NCBI GenBank assembly: GCA_021325135.1
Contig: JAJPHT010000006.1
Span: 1,034-65,033, forward strand
Direction of reading: 5' to 3'
DNA: 64,000 nucleotides
DNA from: Pseudomonadota bacterium
Lineage (GTDB): Archaea > Thermoplasmatota > SW-10-69-26 > JACQPN01 > JAJPHT01
In this document: piece after piece, positions 35,290 through 44,399 of the stretch
Layout of the letters: each line of letters starts with the position of its first letter
Position numbering within the stretch: the first letter of the stretch is position 1
The notes under the pieces: generated by a model
The model's input: only the letters and a program-made list of their open reading frames with translations
Databases searched by the model: none
Told to the model about the DNA's origin: nothing
Position numbers and translations under genes: made by a program

Positions 35290-36876
35290 ATGATCACCCC
35301 GGACTACGCCGCGATCCTGCCCCTCTTCGTGATGACGGGCGTCGGCGCCCTGCTGCCGCTCATCGGCGCCTTCCGCGCGCGCCCCGGCCTCCTCGCCGGC
35401 ATCGCCCTCGTGGGCGTCCTCGCCTCGGGCGTCCTCACCGTGGGCATGGTCACGGGCCTCCCCGGCCTCTCCTTCCTCCCCCGCGTCGGGCCCAGCCTGC
35501 CCGCCGTCCCGTCGTTCTCCGTCCTGGAGATGACGCCCTTCGTCGTCCTCTTCGACCTCGTCTTCCTCGCGGTCGCCGCGATGGTCGTCCTGGCGAGCCC
35601 GCGCTACATCAGCAGCCGCCACCAGGGCGAGTACTACAGCCTCGTGCTCCTCTCCACCGTGGGCATGATGGTCGTGGCCGCGAGCACCGACCTCATCACG
35701 CTCTTCGTGGGCCTGGAGCTGTCGAGCTTCTGCACCTACGCCCTCGCGGGCTTCTTCAAGCGCCGCCTCGACAGCAGCGAGGCCGCGATGAAGTACTTCC
35801 TCATCGGCTCCATCAGCAGCAGCCTCGCCATCTTCGGCATATCCATGGTGTATGCGCTGACGCACAGCACGAGCTTCAGCGCGCTGGCGAGCCTGTGGGG
35901 CAACCTCCTGAGCGTCCGCGACGCCTCCGGCGTCGCCCACACGACCACCATCGGCCAGCAGCTTCTCCAGGGCAAGTTCGTCCTGGGCGCCTTCGCGCGG
36001 GGCCTGCTCCTCGCGGGCTTCGGCTACAAGATCGCCCTCGTCCCCTTCCACAACTACGCGGTGGACGTCTACGAGGGCGCGCCCGACACCGTCTCCGGCT
36101 TCGTCGCCGCGGGCGGCAAGCAGATGGGCTTCGCCGCGCTCTTCAAGGTCTTCCTCCTGGGCCTCTTCGCCGTCAAGGCCAACTGGGACATCATGGTGGG
36201 CGTCATCGCCATCGCGACCATGATCGTGGGCAACGTCGCCGCCCTCCAGCAGACCAACATCAAGCGCATGCTCGCGTACAGCAGCATCGCGCAGGCGGGC
36301 TACATCCTCATGGCGCTCGCCATCGGCACGGAGTACGCGCTCTCCGGCGGCCTCTTCCACATCGTCACCTACGCGTTCATGAAGGCCGGCGCCTTCCTCG
36401 CGCTGGCCGCCGTGGCCACGTGGGGCGTCGGCGAGGAGCTGTCCGACTGGCGTGGCATGGGCCGCAAGGCGCCCTTCGTCGCCCTCTGCATGACGCTCTT
36501 CATGCTGAGCTTCGCCGGCATCCCGCCCCTCGCGGGCTTCGCCAGCAAGTTCGTCCTCTTCAGCAGCGCCATCAGCGCGGCCACGGCCACCGGCACCTCC
36601 GGCGTCTACGTCACGCTCTACCTCGCGCTGGCCATCGTGGGCATCCTCACCTCCGCCATCAGCCTCGTCTACTACTGGCGCGTCATCCGCGTCATGTACA
36701 TCGAGGAGGGCGAGGGCCGCCGCATGCAGGTCGCGCCCAGCGCGGCCATCGCGGTGTTCGTCGCCGCCGCCGGCACGGTGCTCCTGGGCCTCTTCCCCGC
36801 CGTGGCGTACAACCTCGCGGCGGACGCGGCGCACCACATCTTCGGAAGCCTCGGGCCGGCGCTGGCCTCCCCCTAG
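35290..36876 (+). CDS. nuoN: complex I subunit N
   Basis: GYKIALVPFHNYAVDVYEGAPDTVSGFVAAGGK. The track start, GTG 35281, is the alternative. Confidence 0.9.
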   Translation: MITPDYAAILPLFVMTGVGALLPLIGAFRARPGLLAGIALVGVLASGVLTVGMVTGLPGLSFLPRVGPSLPAVPSFSVLEMTPFVVLFDLVFLAVAAMVVLASPRYISSRHQGEYYSLVLLSTVGMMVVAASTDLITLFVGLELSSFCTYALAGFFKRRLDSSEAAMKYFLIGSISSSLAIFGISMVYALTHSTSFSALASLWGNLLSVRDASGVAHTTTIGQQLLQGKFVLGAFARGLLLAGFGYKIALVPFHNYAVDVYEGAPDTVSGFVAAGGKQMGFAALFKVFLLGLFAVKANWDIMVGVIAIATMIVGNVAALQQTNIKRMLAYSSIAQAGYILMALAIGTEYALSGGLFHIVTYAFMKAGAFLALAAVATWGVGEELSDWRGMGRKAPFVALCMTLFMLSFAGIPPLAGFASKFVLFSSAISAATATGTSGVYVTLYLALAIVGILTSAISLVYYWRVIRVMYIEEGEGRRMQVAPSAAIAVFVAAAGTVLLGLFPAVAYNLAADAAHHIFGSLGPALASP

Positions 36877-37760
36877 GCGCGGCCCGCGTCCGTCTCCCCC
36901 TTCAGCAGCCACCGGCTCATGAGCAGGTAGGTCGTGAAGCTCACCAGCATGAGCACCACGCTGTACGCGGCCGCAAGCTCGATGCTCCCCGACTCGGCCT
37001 CGCTGTAGATCTTCACGGGCGCCGTGCGCAGGACCGCGCTCACGACGATGATGGTGGCGCCGAACTCGGCGATGCTGCGCGAGAGGACCAGCACGCTGCC
37101 CGCCACGAGGCTCGGGCGAAGCTGGGGCAGCGTGATGGTGCGGAACACCTGCCACTTGCTGCCTCCCAGGCTGCGCGCCGCGCTCTCCAGCGTGGGGTCC
37201 ATGCGTTGGAGGCCCGCCGTCACGCTGCGCACCATGTAGGGGAACGTCTCCAGGACGTGCGCGAAGACGAGGATCCAGAGCGTCCACGTGAGCGTCAGGG
37301 GGTTCCCGAAGATCGCGCCCGCCACCGCGCTGATGGGGCCGAAGGGGCCGTAGAACGCCAGGAGGGCGAGGCCCACGACGACGCTGGGCAGCGCGATGGT
37401 GATGTTGCTCATGGCGTCCAGCGTGCGCGCGCCGAAGATCTTGCCGCGCACCGTGGAGTACGCGATGAGCGTGCCGAAGACGAGCTGGATCGCGACGACG
37501 ATGAGCGCGACCTCGAAGCTCCGCACGAGGGGCTGGTAGAGCTGCGCGTTGCTGAAGAGGTCCACGTAGTGCTGGAGCGTCGTGGGCCTGACGCCTTGGA
37601 AGACGTTGGACGTGAGGCTGAACGCCAGCACGGTGAGCAGGGGGCCCAGGATGAAGAGCGCGAAGAGGAGCCAGACCACCAGCGTCCACGCCGCGCGCTC
37701 CACCGTCTCGCCCGCGTGCCGCACGCGGATGGGCCTCTCGTCTCCGGTCGCGATGGTCAC
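36873..37760 (-). CDS. ABC transporter permease (CysTW/ModB-type fold)
   Basis: 6 TM segments and an EAA-like loop ESAARSLGGSKWQVFRTITLPQLRPSL. The GTG start overlaps the binding-protein stop (GTGA). Confidence 0.85.
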   Translation of the reverse strand: MTIATGDERPIRVRHAGETVERAAWTLVVWLLFALFILGPLLTVLAFSLTSNVFQGVRPTTLQHYVDLFSNAQLYQPLVRSFEVALIVVAIQLVFGTLIAYSTVRGKIFGARTLDAMSNITIALPSVVVGLALLAFYGPFGPISAVAGAIFGNPLTLTWTLWILVFAHVLETFPYMVRSVTAGLQRMDPTLESAARSLGGSKWQVFRTITLPQLRPSLVAGSVLVLSRSIAEFGATIIVVSAVLRTAPVKIYSEAESGSIELAAAYSVVLMLVSFTTYLLMSRWLLKGETDAGRA

Positions 37761-38734
37761 GTCTGCACCTCGTAGTCGGGGAGCTTCGCTTCGAGGTCCC
37801 GCCACTGGGACCAGTCGTAGGTCACGGGCGCGAGGCCCGTCAGGTTCGCTCCGCCCGCGGGGGCCGGGAAGCCGGGCTCCACGGAGCGGAAGTAGGACTT
37901 GCCGAGGCGCGACTGCGTCTCGTGGGTGAAGAGGAACGCGATGAAGCGCTCCGCGTCGCGGTTGTGGTGGTGCGCGACCAGCGCCGCGCTGAAGAGGACG
38001 GGCACGAGGCGCGGCTCGCCGTGGAGGATGGGCAGCGCAGTCGCGACCTTCGCGCCCTTGGCCTGGTAGAGGAGCGTCACGGCCTCGTAGCCCAGGGTCA
38101 GGTCGAAGCTCCCGTCCGCGATGCCGTTGATGGTGCTGCGCGAGTCCGTGGGCTGCACCGCCGTCCGCGCGAGGGCGAACCTCCCCGCGGCGGGGTCCAG
38201 CGTCTCGTAGAAGAGGACGTTGTAGACGCCGTTGTTGGAGAGGAGCGGGTGCGCGAGGCCGAACTTCACGTCGGCAGTCGCGAGGTCCGGCGCCTGCCCC
38301 AGGCGCGGCGAGTAGACCTCCAGGAGCGGGCTCCACGCGAAGGCGTACCAGGCGCGGCCCCCGTCCACGGGCGCGCCCTGGAACGTGGCGTCGATCCCCT
38401 GCGCGCCCGAGAGGTTCACGGGGAGGAAGTGCCCCTCGGAGTACCCCTTCTCCAGGTAGAGCGGGCTGGCGTGGAGGAACACGTCGGCTTCGGGCGAGGC
38501 GCCGCTGAGGCGCAGGCGGTTGTACTCCTCGCCCGCCGCGACGTAGACGGGCTCCACGCGCTCGCCGGTCGCGTTCTGATATCTCGGGATGACGTCCTTC
38601 TCCAGGAGGTCCTTGAGGGCGGGCGTCGTGTAGACGACGATGGTCACCTGCTCGGCGCGGCGCAGGTCGGCCGTGGCGAGCGCGGCGCCCGCGAAGAGGA
38701 TGACGAGCAGGACGACGGGGAGGCTAGTCCGCAT
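37757..38734 (-). CDS. ABC transporter substrate-binding protein (family 1; substrate not assignable)
   Basis: Signal/anchor MRTSLPVVLLVILFAGAALA with periplasmic-binding-protein-like length and composition. It lies between the ATPase and permease genes. Confidence 0.8.
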   Translation of the reverse strand: MRTSLPVVLLVILFAGAALATADLRRAEQVTIVVYTTPALKDLLEKDVIPRYQNATGERVEPVYVAAGEEYNRLRLSGASPEADVFLHASPLYLEKGYSEGHFLPVNLSGAQGIDATFQGAPVDGGRAWYAFAWSPLLEVYSPRLGQAPDLATADVKFGLAHPLLSNNGVYNVLFYETLDPAAGRFALARTAVQPTDSRSTINGIADGSFDLTLGYEAVTLLYQAKGAKVATALPILHGEPRLVPVLFSAALVAHHHNRDAERFIAFLFTHETQSRLGKSYFRSVEPGFPAPAGGANLTGLAPVTYDWSQWRDLEAKLPDYEVQT

Positions 38735-39608
38735 CGGTGGGCCACACCTCGATGCTCTGGGTCGGGCCCTTCTTCACCATCACGTGCACCACGTCGCCGG
38801 GCGCCACGCCGGGGATCTGGATGGGGATCTGGGCGCCTCCCTCGGCGGTCACGAACATGGTGCCGGACGCGTACGTCTCGACCTTCGCCTCGTGGATCAG
38901 GCACATCTTCACGAAGTCCTGCACGAACGGGTGGCTGTGCCGCATCACGCGCTCGGGCTCGTCGAAGGTCACGACGCGCCCCTCGTTAAGCACCAGCACG
39001 CGCCGGCTGAAGAGGAACGCCTCCTCCTGGTCGTGGGTGATGAGGAGCGTCGTGACGCCCAGGCGCTTGATGATGGCGCGCACCTCCTGGACGACCTGCG
39101 AGCGCGTCGTGGCGTCGAGCGCGGTGAAGGCCTCGTCCAGGAGCAGCAGGCGCGGGTTCACGGCCAGCGCGCGGGCCAGCGCCACGCGCTGCTTCTCGCC
39201 GCCGCTGAGGGTCCCCGGGTACGCGTCGGCGCGGTGGCGCAGCTGCACGAGGTCGAGCATCTCGGAGACCTTCTCGTCCGCCTCGCGCCGCGGCGCGCGC
39301 CGCATGCGCAGGCCATAGGCGACGTTGTCGCGCACGCTCATGTGCGGAAAGAGCGCGTAGCCCTGGTACACGATGCCCACGCCGCGCTTCTCCTGCGGGA
39401 CGCGCGTGACGTCGAGGTCGTCCACGACGACGCTGCCCCCTTCGGGCCGAAGCTCGCCCAGGATGCACCGGAAGAGCGTCGTCTTGCCGCACCCGCTGGG
39501 GCCGATCACCGCGACGATCTCGCCGCTGGGGACGTCGATGGAGACGTCCTCGAGGACGACCTTCCCATCGAAGGCCTTCCGGATGCCGGCGAGCCGAAGC
39601 TTGGCCAC
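38724..39608 (-). CDS. ABC transporter ATP-binding protein with C-terminal TOBE-like domain
   Basis: Walker A GPSGCGKTT, signature LSGGEKQRVALARAL, Walker B LLLLDEAF and H-loop ITHD. GTG start at 39608. Confidence 0.9.
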   Translation of the reverse strand: MAKLRLAGIRKAFDGKVVLEDVSIDVPSGEIVAVIGPSGCGKTTLFRCILGELRPEGGSVVVDDLDVTRVPQEKRGVGIVYQGYALFPHMSVRDNVAYGLRMRRAPRREADEKVSEMLDLVQLRHRADAYPGTLSGGEKQRVALARALAVNPRLLLLDEAFTALDATTRSQVVQEVRAIIKRLGVTTLLITHDQEEAFLFSRRVLVLNEGRVVTFDEPERVMRHSHPFVQDFVKMCLIHEAKVETYASGTMFVTAEGGAQIPIQIPGVAPGDVVHVMVKKGPTQSIEVWPTDAD

Positions 39609-39685
39609 AATGGACCTGCGACGTGACCATGCATATACACGCGAGATGTCTCGCGGCCCCTCCGCCGCCCGCGCTTGGCTGCCTG

Positions 39686-40267
39686 TCAGCGGCGGTCGAG
39701 GTGGTTGTGGAGGACGGTGATGCACTGGTCGGCCTGGAGCGAGACGGGGCCGAGGCTCACGCGCGCGGCGGCCCGGGCGCGCAGCATCGCCTCCTCCTCG
39801 GGCGTGAAGCCCAGGTGGTCGCCCAGCACGTACGTCGCGCTGGCGGGGAGCGCGGCGCCCGCGACGTCCTCGCCCGACTCGTCCAGGAGGACCAGCGGCT
39901 CGCGCAGCCCGTCGAGCAGCTCCTCCAGGCCGATGGCCGCGACGCTGACGCCGGGCGTCGAGGGCTGCCAGACCGGCCCCGTGGTGCCGGTGCCCAGCGC
40001 CTTCTCCAGCAGCAGCGCGCTGGAGCGCTCGTCGGGGTTCGCGTGCTGAAGGCGCGACGAGTCGAAGCGCACCGCCTTGGGCGGCGAGGGGGGCCCCAGG
40101 TGCATCGTGACAAGCTCCACGTCGGGCCTCAGGCCGTGGCTCACGAGCATGGCGGCGCCGACGCAGCGCGCGAGGATGTCGAGGCGGCCCCCCGTGCCCG
40201 CGAGGTCCTTCAGCGAGAAGCCGGGGGCCGAGGCGGCCTTGTGGCCCACGACGACGAAGCGGCGCAT
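39686..40267 (-). CDS. trmY: tRNA (pseudouridine54-N1)-methyltransferase
   Basis: 193 aa, collinear with my recollection of the M. jannaschii TrmY. Matching blocks are F.LKDL.G..GRLD, NPDERS, STPG, GDHLGF..EE and ISLGP..L.A..CITV.HN.LD. Confidence 0.8.
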   Translation of the reverse strand: MRRFVVVGHKAASAPGFSLKDLAGTGGRLDILARCVGAAMLVSHGLRPDVELVTMHLGPPSPPKAVRFDSSRLQHANPDERSSALLLEKALGTGTTGPVWQPSTPGVSVAAIGLEELLDGLREPLVLLDESGEDVAGAALPASATYVLGDHLGFTPEEEAMLRARAAARVSLGPVSLQADQCITVLHNHLDRR

Positions 40268-40305
40268 CGCGCGGGCAAGCGGCCTTGCGGCCTTGAGCTT
40301 TCGGC

Positions 40306-40920
40306 TCACGCGCGCAGCGTCGGCAGCGGCTCCCGGAGCGGCGTGCGCTGCGCCTCGGCGAGGGCGCATTCCACGAGGGCCGCGCGGTCCGCGAGCCTCG
40401 CCCACGGCGCGCCAAGCTCCTCGCGAAGCTCCATGCGGCACGCGGGGTCGTAGCGGCCCGGCGCGCACGCGCCGCACGACCAGTTGCCGCGCAGCGGGTG
40501 GCGGCGGCGCCAGCGCTGGTCGCACTGGCGGCAGGCGTAGACGAAGCGGAACGCGGCGTTCTCGGGGCCCAGGTCGCGCTCGCCGTTGGCCTCGACGCCC
40601 AGGCGCGCGAGCCGGCGGTGGAACTCGGCCGAGTGGCCCGTCTCGCCGCGGCGCGCGTAGAGGTTCGCGTGGACCGCCTCGTGGCGCAGCGTCGCGTCAA
40701 GCTCGCGCCAGTGCGTGCCGCGCGGCAGGTCGGCGGGGTCCAGAAGGAACAGGTAGGGCGAGAGGCGCACCAGGTGGCGCCGGTAGTAGATGAGCGCCCA
40801 GCTCGTGGTGATGCGGCGCGAGAACTCGACGCGGTGCGGAGGCGCCCCGCCAGGCAGGAGGGCGAGATAGGCGTCGAAGCGCTCGTTCGCCAGGTCCTCA
40901 AGGGCTTGCAGCGCCCGCAT
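40306..40920 (-). CDS. SprT-like zinc metalloprotease-domain protein with Zn ribbon
   Basis: HEAVH motif plus CRQC...CGAC. The 406-aa track ORF is an upstream extension. Confidence 0.55.
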   Translation of the reverse strand: MRALQALEDLANERFDAYLALLPGGAPPHRVEFSRRITTSWALIYYRRHLVRLSPYLFLLDPADLPRGTHWRELDATLRHEAVHANLYARRGETGHSAEFHRRLARLGVEANGERDLGPENAAFRFVYACRQCDQRWRRRHPLRGNWSCGACAPGRYDPACRMELREELGAPWARLADRAALVECALAEAQRTPLREPLPTLRA

Positions 40921-41019
40921 CGGCCCCTGCTCGCGCCGCGGGGACTTTGAGCCCCACGGGCGCGCCGGAGCGACGCAGCGCGCCAAAGCGTCAAGAGGGG
41001 GCGCCGCCTTGGCCGCCGC

Positions 41020-41505
41020 ATGCGCGGGGCCCCTCTGCTCCTTGCATGCCTTCTCCTGGCCTCGGGGTGCCTGGGCCAGGGGGGCGGCAGCGCCCTCGTG
41101 GGCAAGCCCGTCCCCTCCTTCTCCCTGGTGACGAGCGAGGGGCAGCGCGTCAACGAGTCGACGTGGCTGGGCCGCTACGTCGTGCTGGACCTCATGGCGA
41201 CGTGGTGCGCGCCCTGCCGCGTCGAGGTGGGCCACCTCCAGGCGGTGCAGCGGACGTATGGCGACCGCGTCGCGATCCTCTCCATCGACGTGGACCCCAC
41301 GGAGTCCTCCGCGGAATTGGACCAGTTCGCCCAGGAGCACAACGCGACGTGGCCGCACGCCTTCGACTTCGACGGGCGCGTGGGCCGCAGCATCGGCCTG
41401 GGCATCCCCACGCTGGTCATCGTCGACCCCACGGGGAAGGTCGCCTACCAGCACGAGGGCGAGGTGACGCCCGAGGAGATCGGCCGCGTCGTGGGGCCCG
41501 CGTAG
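41020..41505 (+). CDS. TlpA/redoxin-like thiol:disulfide oxidoreductase, lipobox
   Basis: LLLACLLLASGC lipobox and active site ATWCAPC, with a thioredoxin-fold length. Confidence 0.8.
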   Translation: MRGAPLLLACLLLASGCLGQGGGSALVGKPVPSFSLVTSEGQRVNESTWLGRYVVLDLMATWCAPCRVEVGHLQAVQRTYGDRVAILSIDVDPTESSAELDQFAQEHNATWPHAFDFDGRVGRSIGLGIPTLVIVDPTGKVAYQHEGEVTPEEIGRVVGPA

Positions 41506-41544
41506 GAGGCGCCCGCGGGCGGGCAAGGGGCCGGACCCCTGCCC

Positions 41545-42123
41545 TCACACCGTGTAGCGCATCTCCATGTCGACGTACTTCACGTCGATGGGGGAGCCCG
41601 TGGCGGGGAGCGGCTGGAGCTCCAGCGCGTAGAGGACGTTCACCTGCGTGTCCGCGACGATGTTGGCCTGGGCGAGTGCCAGCACCCAGCACGACTGGCC
41701 CGACTTGAGGGTGACCCAGGGGCCAGCCGTGCCGGATGCGGGCGCGACGCCCGTCTCGGTGATCTCGGTGGTGGTCGCGGTGCCGTTCTTGATCTGGAGG
41801 TCGCAGCGCGCGCACTGGCTGGCGGCGCCGCCCGTCTGCGTGCGGTAGACGAGGCGGACCTGCACGTCGGTCGCGGCGTTGTTCCTCACCGCGGTGCTGT
41901 TGAGCGTCGTCGCCACGCCGACGCCGCCGCTCACGCTGTCCGTGCTGCTGGTCGCGTTGGCCCCGATGGTCGCCGTGCCGCCCGCCGCGCGGGAGAGCGC
42001 GAGGGGCGGGGCCGGCGCCGCGAGGGCGGCAAGGCTGTCGCTGCCGCTGAGGTGGAGGACCGTCGAGGCCAGCGCGGGCTGCGCGGCCAGGACGAGCGCC
42101 CCCAGGAGCGCCAGGCGTCGCAT
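41545..42123 (-). CDS. secreted beta-rich protein, unknown function
   Basis: Signal peptide MRRLALLGALVLAAQPALAS. Last gene of a three-gene co-oriented cluster. Confidence 0.5.
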   Translation of the reverse strand: MRRLALLGALVLAAQPALASTVLHLSGSDSLAALAAPAPPLALSRAAGGTATIGANATSSTDSVSGGVGVATTLNSTAVRNNAATDVQVRLVYRTQTGGAASQCARCDLQIKNGTATTTEITETGVAPASGTAGPWVTLKSGQSCWVLALAQANIVADTQVNVLYALELQPLPATGSPIDVKYVDMEMRYTV

Positions 42124-42132
42124 GGGCGGGCC

Positions 42133-42402
42133 TCAGGCGGCGCGCGCGGCGACGAGCGTGAACGTCGTCTCCCGGCGCGCGAGCGCGCGCCACGCGACGC
42201 GCGCGGCGAGGCCCAGGTAGGCGGCGTCCAGCAGCACGCCCCATGCGTTGAGCCGCGCGTTGAGGACCATGAGGACGACCCCTGCGGCGCCCACGAGGAG
42301 GGGCCGCTTGACGCGGTGCCCGCCCATGAGGACGACGGCGCTCACGACCACGCCCATGAACGTGGCGGACTTCATCGCGATCTCGACGAGATGCAGCGTC
42401 AT
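42133..42402 (-). CDS. small membrane protein (89 aa)
   Basis: Two to three hydrophobic helices, tightly spaced between the flanking cluster genes. Confidence 0.4.
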   Translation of the reverse strand: MTLHLVEIAMKSATFMGVVVSAVVLMGGHRVKRPLLVGAAGVVLMVLNARLNAWGVLLDAAYLGLAARVAWRALARRETTFTLVAARAA

Positions 42403-42412
42403 CGTGGCGCCC

Positions 42413-42988
42413 TCACGAGATCGACAGGCTCAGCCGCACGGGGCTGGGGAGGTCCTGCGTGCCGGCGTTGCTGGCGAGCTGCGCGATGACGCGCACCGAG
42501 AGCGAGGCGCCCGCGGCCATGCTGCCCAGGCTCGCGCTCGTCTGGCCCGCCGAGAGGTTCAGCGCGGCGACGGTGCCGCCCGGGTTGTAGAACTCCAGGC
42601 GGAACGTGACGACCTTCGTGTAGCTCGACAGATCGGGCCCGCCCACCGAGACGGTCCACGCCTGCGTGTCCGTGTTGGTGAGCGTCGTGAGGTTCTGCCA
42701 CGTGACGTTGGCCTCGGGGACCGAGTTGAGCGTCACGGTGAAGTAGGTGTGGTTCGACGAGAGGGACCACGACGGCACGAACCCCGTGCTGCTCGCGTCC
42801 GCGCCGGCGGCCCACTGGATGGGCGGCGCCTTGATGGCGAGGGACGAGGAGGAGGCCGTGTCGTACGTGACGAGGACGCCTGCCACCGCGGCGGAGGCCA
42901 CGAGGAGCAGGCCGGCCAGGATCGCGAGGACCTGGCGCGTCTGTCGAAAGAGCTGAGGCTGGCGGTGAGGCGGTGCGGTCGCGCTCAT
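42413..42988 (-). CDS. N-terminally anchored/secreted beta-rich protein (TasA/camelysin-like signal suspected)
   Basis: RQTRQVLAILAGLLLVASAAVAGVLVTYDTASSS resembles SipW-type signal regions. The rest is Ser/Thr/Asn-rich beta sequence. Confidence 0.5.
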   Translation of the reverse strand: MSATAPPHRQPQLFRQTRQVLAILAGLLLVASAAVAGVLVTYDTASSSSLAIKAPPIQWAAGADASSTGFVPSWSLSSNHTYFTVTLNSVPEANVTWQNLTTLTNTDTQAWTVSVGGPDLSSYTKVVTFRLEFYNPGGTVAALNLSAGQTSASLGSMAAGASLSVRVIAQLASNAGTQDLPSPVRLSLSIS

Positions 42989-43267
42989 GCAGCCTCCCGG
43001 TTGCGGGCGGACGCCATCAAGAGGCGTGGGCGGGCCCCTGGGGGACTGGGCCGTCCGGGAGCGCCGTTCGCCAACGCGCTCCTTTGGACCTCCTCCGCCT
43101 GCGCATTCCCGGTCACGGTCCGCGGCGCCTCCGCGCTGCCCGTGCGCGCCCCCGGACGGCCCCCTGCGACCTGCTTCTCACCCCGGAGAACCCCGGCGCC
43201 CGGGCGACGACGAGGGGGCGCGCCAACCTCAGAACCCTTAAGCGCCGGGCGCCGGCATTTTGGCGCG

Positions 43268-43462
43268 ATGCTCGACGCGATGCAGCGCCTCTCGAACCAG
43301 CTCCCCCCGCGGCTGAAGGCGCTGCTCAACCTCGCGATCACCCTCGTCCTCGTGGGGCTCTCGGTGCCCCTCCTGTGGGCGGGCGTCGCGTCCTCCTCGT
43401 GGAGCGACGCGGCCCTGGGGCTGGGCCTCCTGCTCCTGGGCGTGTTCAACCTCTTCACGTGA
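43268..43462 (+). CDS. small two-TM membrane protein (64 aa)
   Basis: ALLNLAITLVLVGLSVPLLWAGV and ALGLGLLLLGVFNLF. It ends 4 nt before the TPM gene. Confidence 0.35.
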   Translation: MLDAMQRLSNQLPPRLKALLNLAITLVLVGLSVPLLWAGVASSSWSDAALGLGLLLLGVFNLFT

Positions 43463-43466
43463 TCCC

Positions 43467-44345
43467 TTGCGCGCCGCCGCCCTCCTCGTCCTCGCGCTCC
43501 TCCTGGCGCCCCCCTTCGCGGCCGCCGCGTCGTACCCGGACCCGCAGAAGGCGCCGCGCTACTTCGACAGCCGCTGCATCGCGCAGTACGACCGGCGCTT
43601 CGTGTACGACTTCGTGGGCGTCATGGACGCGGAGCACGCCTCCGCCATCGAGGGCGCGGCGTGCGAGATCTACGCGAACACCAGCGCGCACTTCGTCCTG
43701 GCCGCCGTGCCGGACACGGGGGACGAGAGCCTGGAGTTCTACGCGCTCCACCTCTTCGAGACGTGGGGCATCGGCTCCAAGGAGACGAACGACGGCATCC
43801 TCCTGCTCTACGTCGACCACTACAACCTCTCGGGGAAGTCCAGCGCGCTCCGCGTCGAGGTGGGCTACGGGCTCGAAGGCACCATCAACGCCCACGTGGC
43901 CAACAACGCCATCCGCCTCATGCAGGACGCCAAGGCGCGCGCGCTGGACGCCGGCCAGGACGAGGCGTGGGCCAAGAGCTACGCGCTCCTGGACGGCGCC
44001 GCGTACCTCCTGGAGACGATGAACGACAGCTACGTGGACGGCCACTACCCCGCGCCCGCGCCGGACGCCTCGGAGTTCCAGCCCCCGTGGTGGTTCTGGG
44101 TCGTGGTGGTCTTCGTGGGGATCGGCCTCCTGCGCGCGCTGGCGGCGGGAGCGCACGGCGCGCGGGGCTGGGGCTACCAGACGGGCTCCTCCGCGGCCTG
44201 GCAGGGCGCCGTGGCGGGCATGTTCATCCGCGACCTCATGCGCCGCGGCGGCGGGGGCGGCGGCGGGTTCGGGGGAGGGGGGTTCGGCGGCGGAGGGTTC
44301 GGCGGAGGCCGCTCGGGCGGAGGGGGCGGATCGGGTGGGTTCTGA
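43467..44345 (+). CDS. TPM-domain protein with C-terminal TM and Gly-rich tail
   Basis: Signal peptide, FVYDFVGVM...E.WGIG...NDGILLLY...VEVGYGLEG pattern, TM WWFWVVVVFVGIGLL and a GGGGFGGGGFGGGGFGGG tail. TTG start. Confidence 0.75.
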   Translation: MRAAALLVLALLLAPPFAAAASYPDPQKAPRYFDSRCIAQYDRRFVYDFVGVMDAEHASAIEGAACEIYANTSAHFVLAAVPDTGDESLEFYALHLFETWGIGSKETNDGILLLYVDHYNLSGKSSALRVEVGYGLEGTINAHVANNAIRLMQDAKARALDAGQDEAWAKSYALLDGAAYLLETMNDSYVDGHYPAPAPDASEFQPPWWFWVVVVFVGIGLLRALAAGAHGARGWGYQTGSSAAWQGAVAGMFIRDLMRRGGGGGGGFGGGGFGGGGFGGGRSGGGGGSGGF

Positions 44346-44399
44346 GCGCGGAGTTCCGGAGGATTCTGATAGCCGGACGTGGAATGGGAGGGCGAGAGC

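Noticed and set aside
36873-36876. Convergent nuoN and ABC permease genes overlap by 4 nt (CTAG) with no intergenic terminator.
   Set aside because: Overlapping convergent stops are common in compact genomes and are not unusual in themselves.
44225-44345. GGC/GGG-rich tandem DNA repeat.
   Set aside because: It encodes the GGGGFGGGGFGGGGFGGG tail of the TPM-domain protein, a common feature of that family. It is not an independent repeat element or a CRISPR array.
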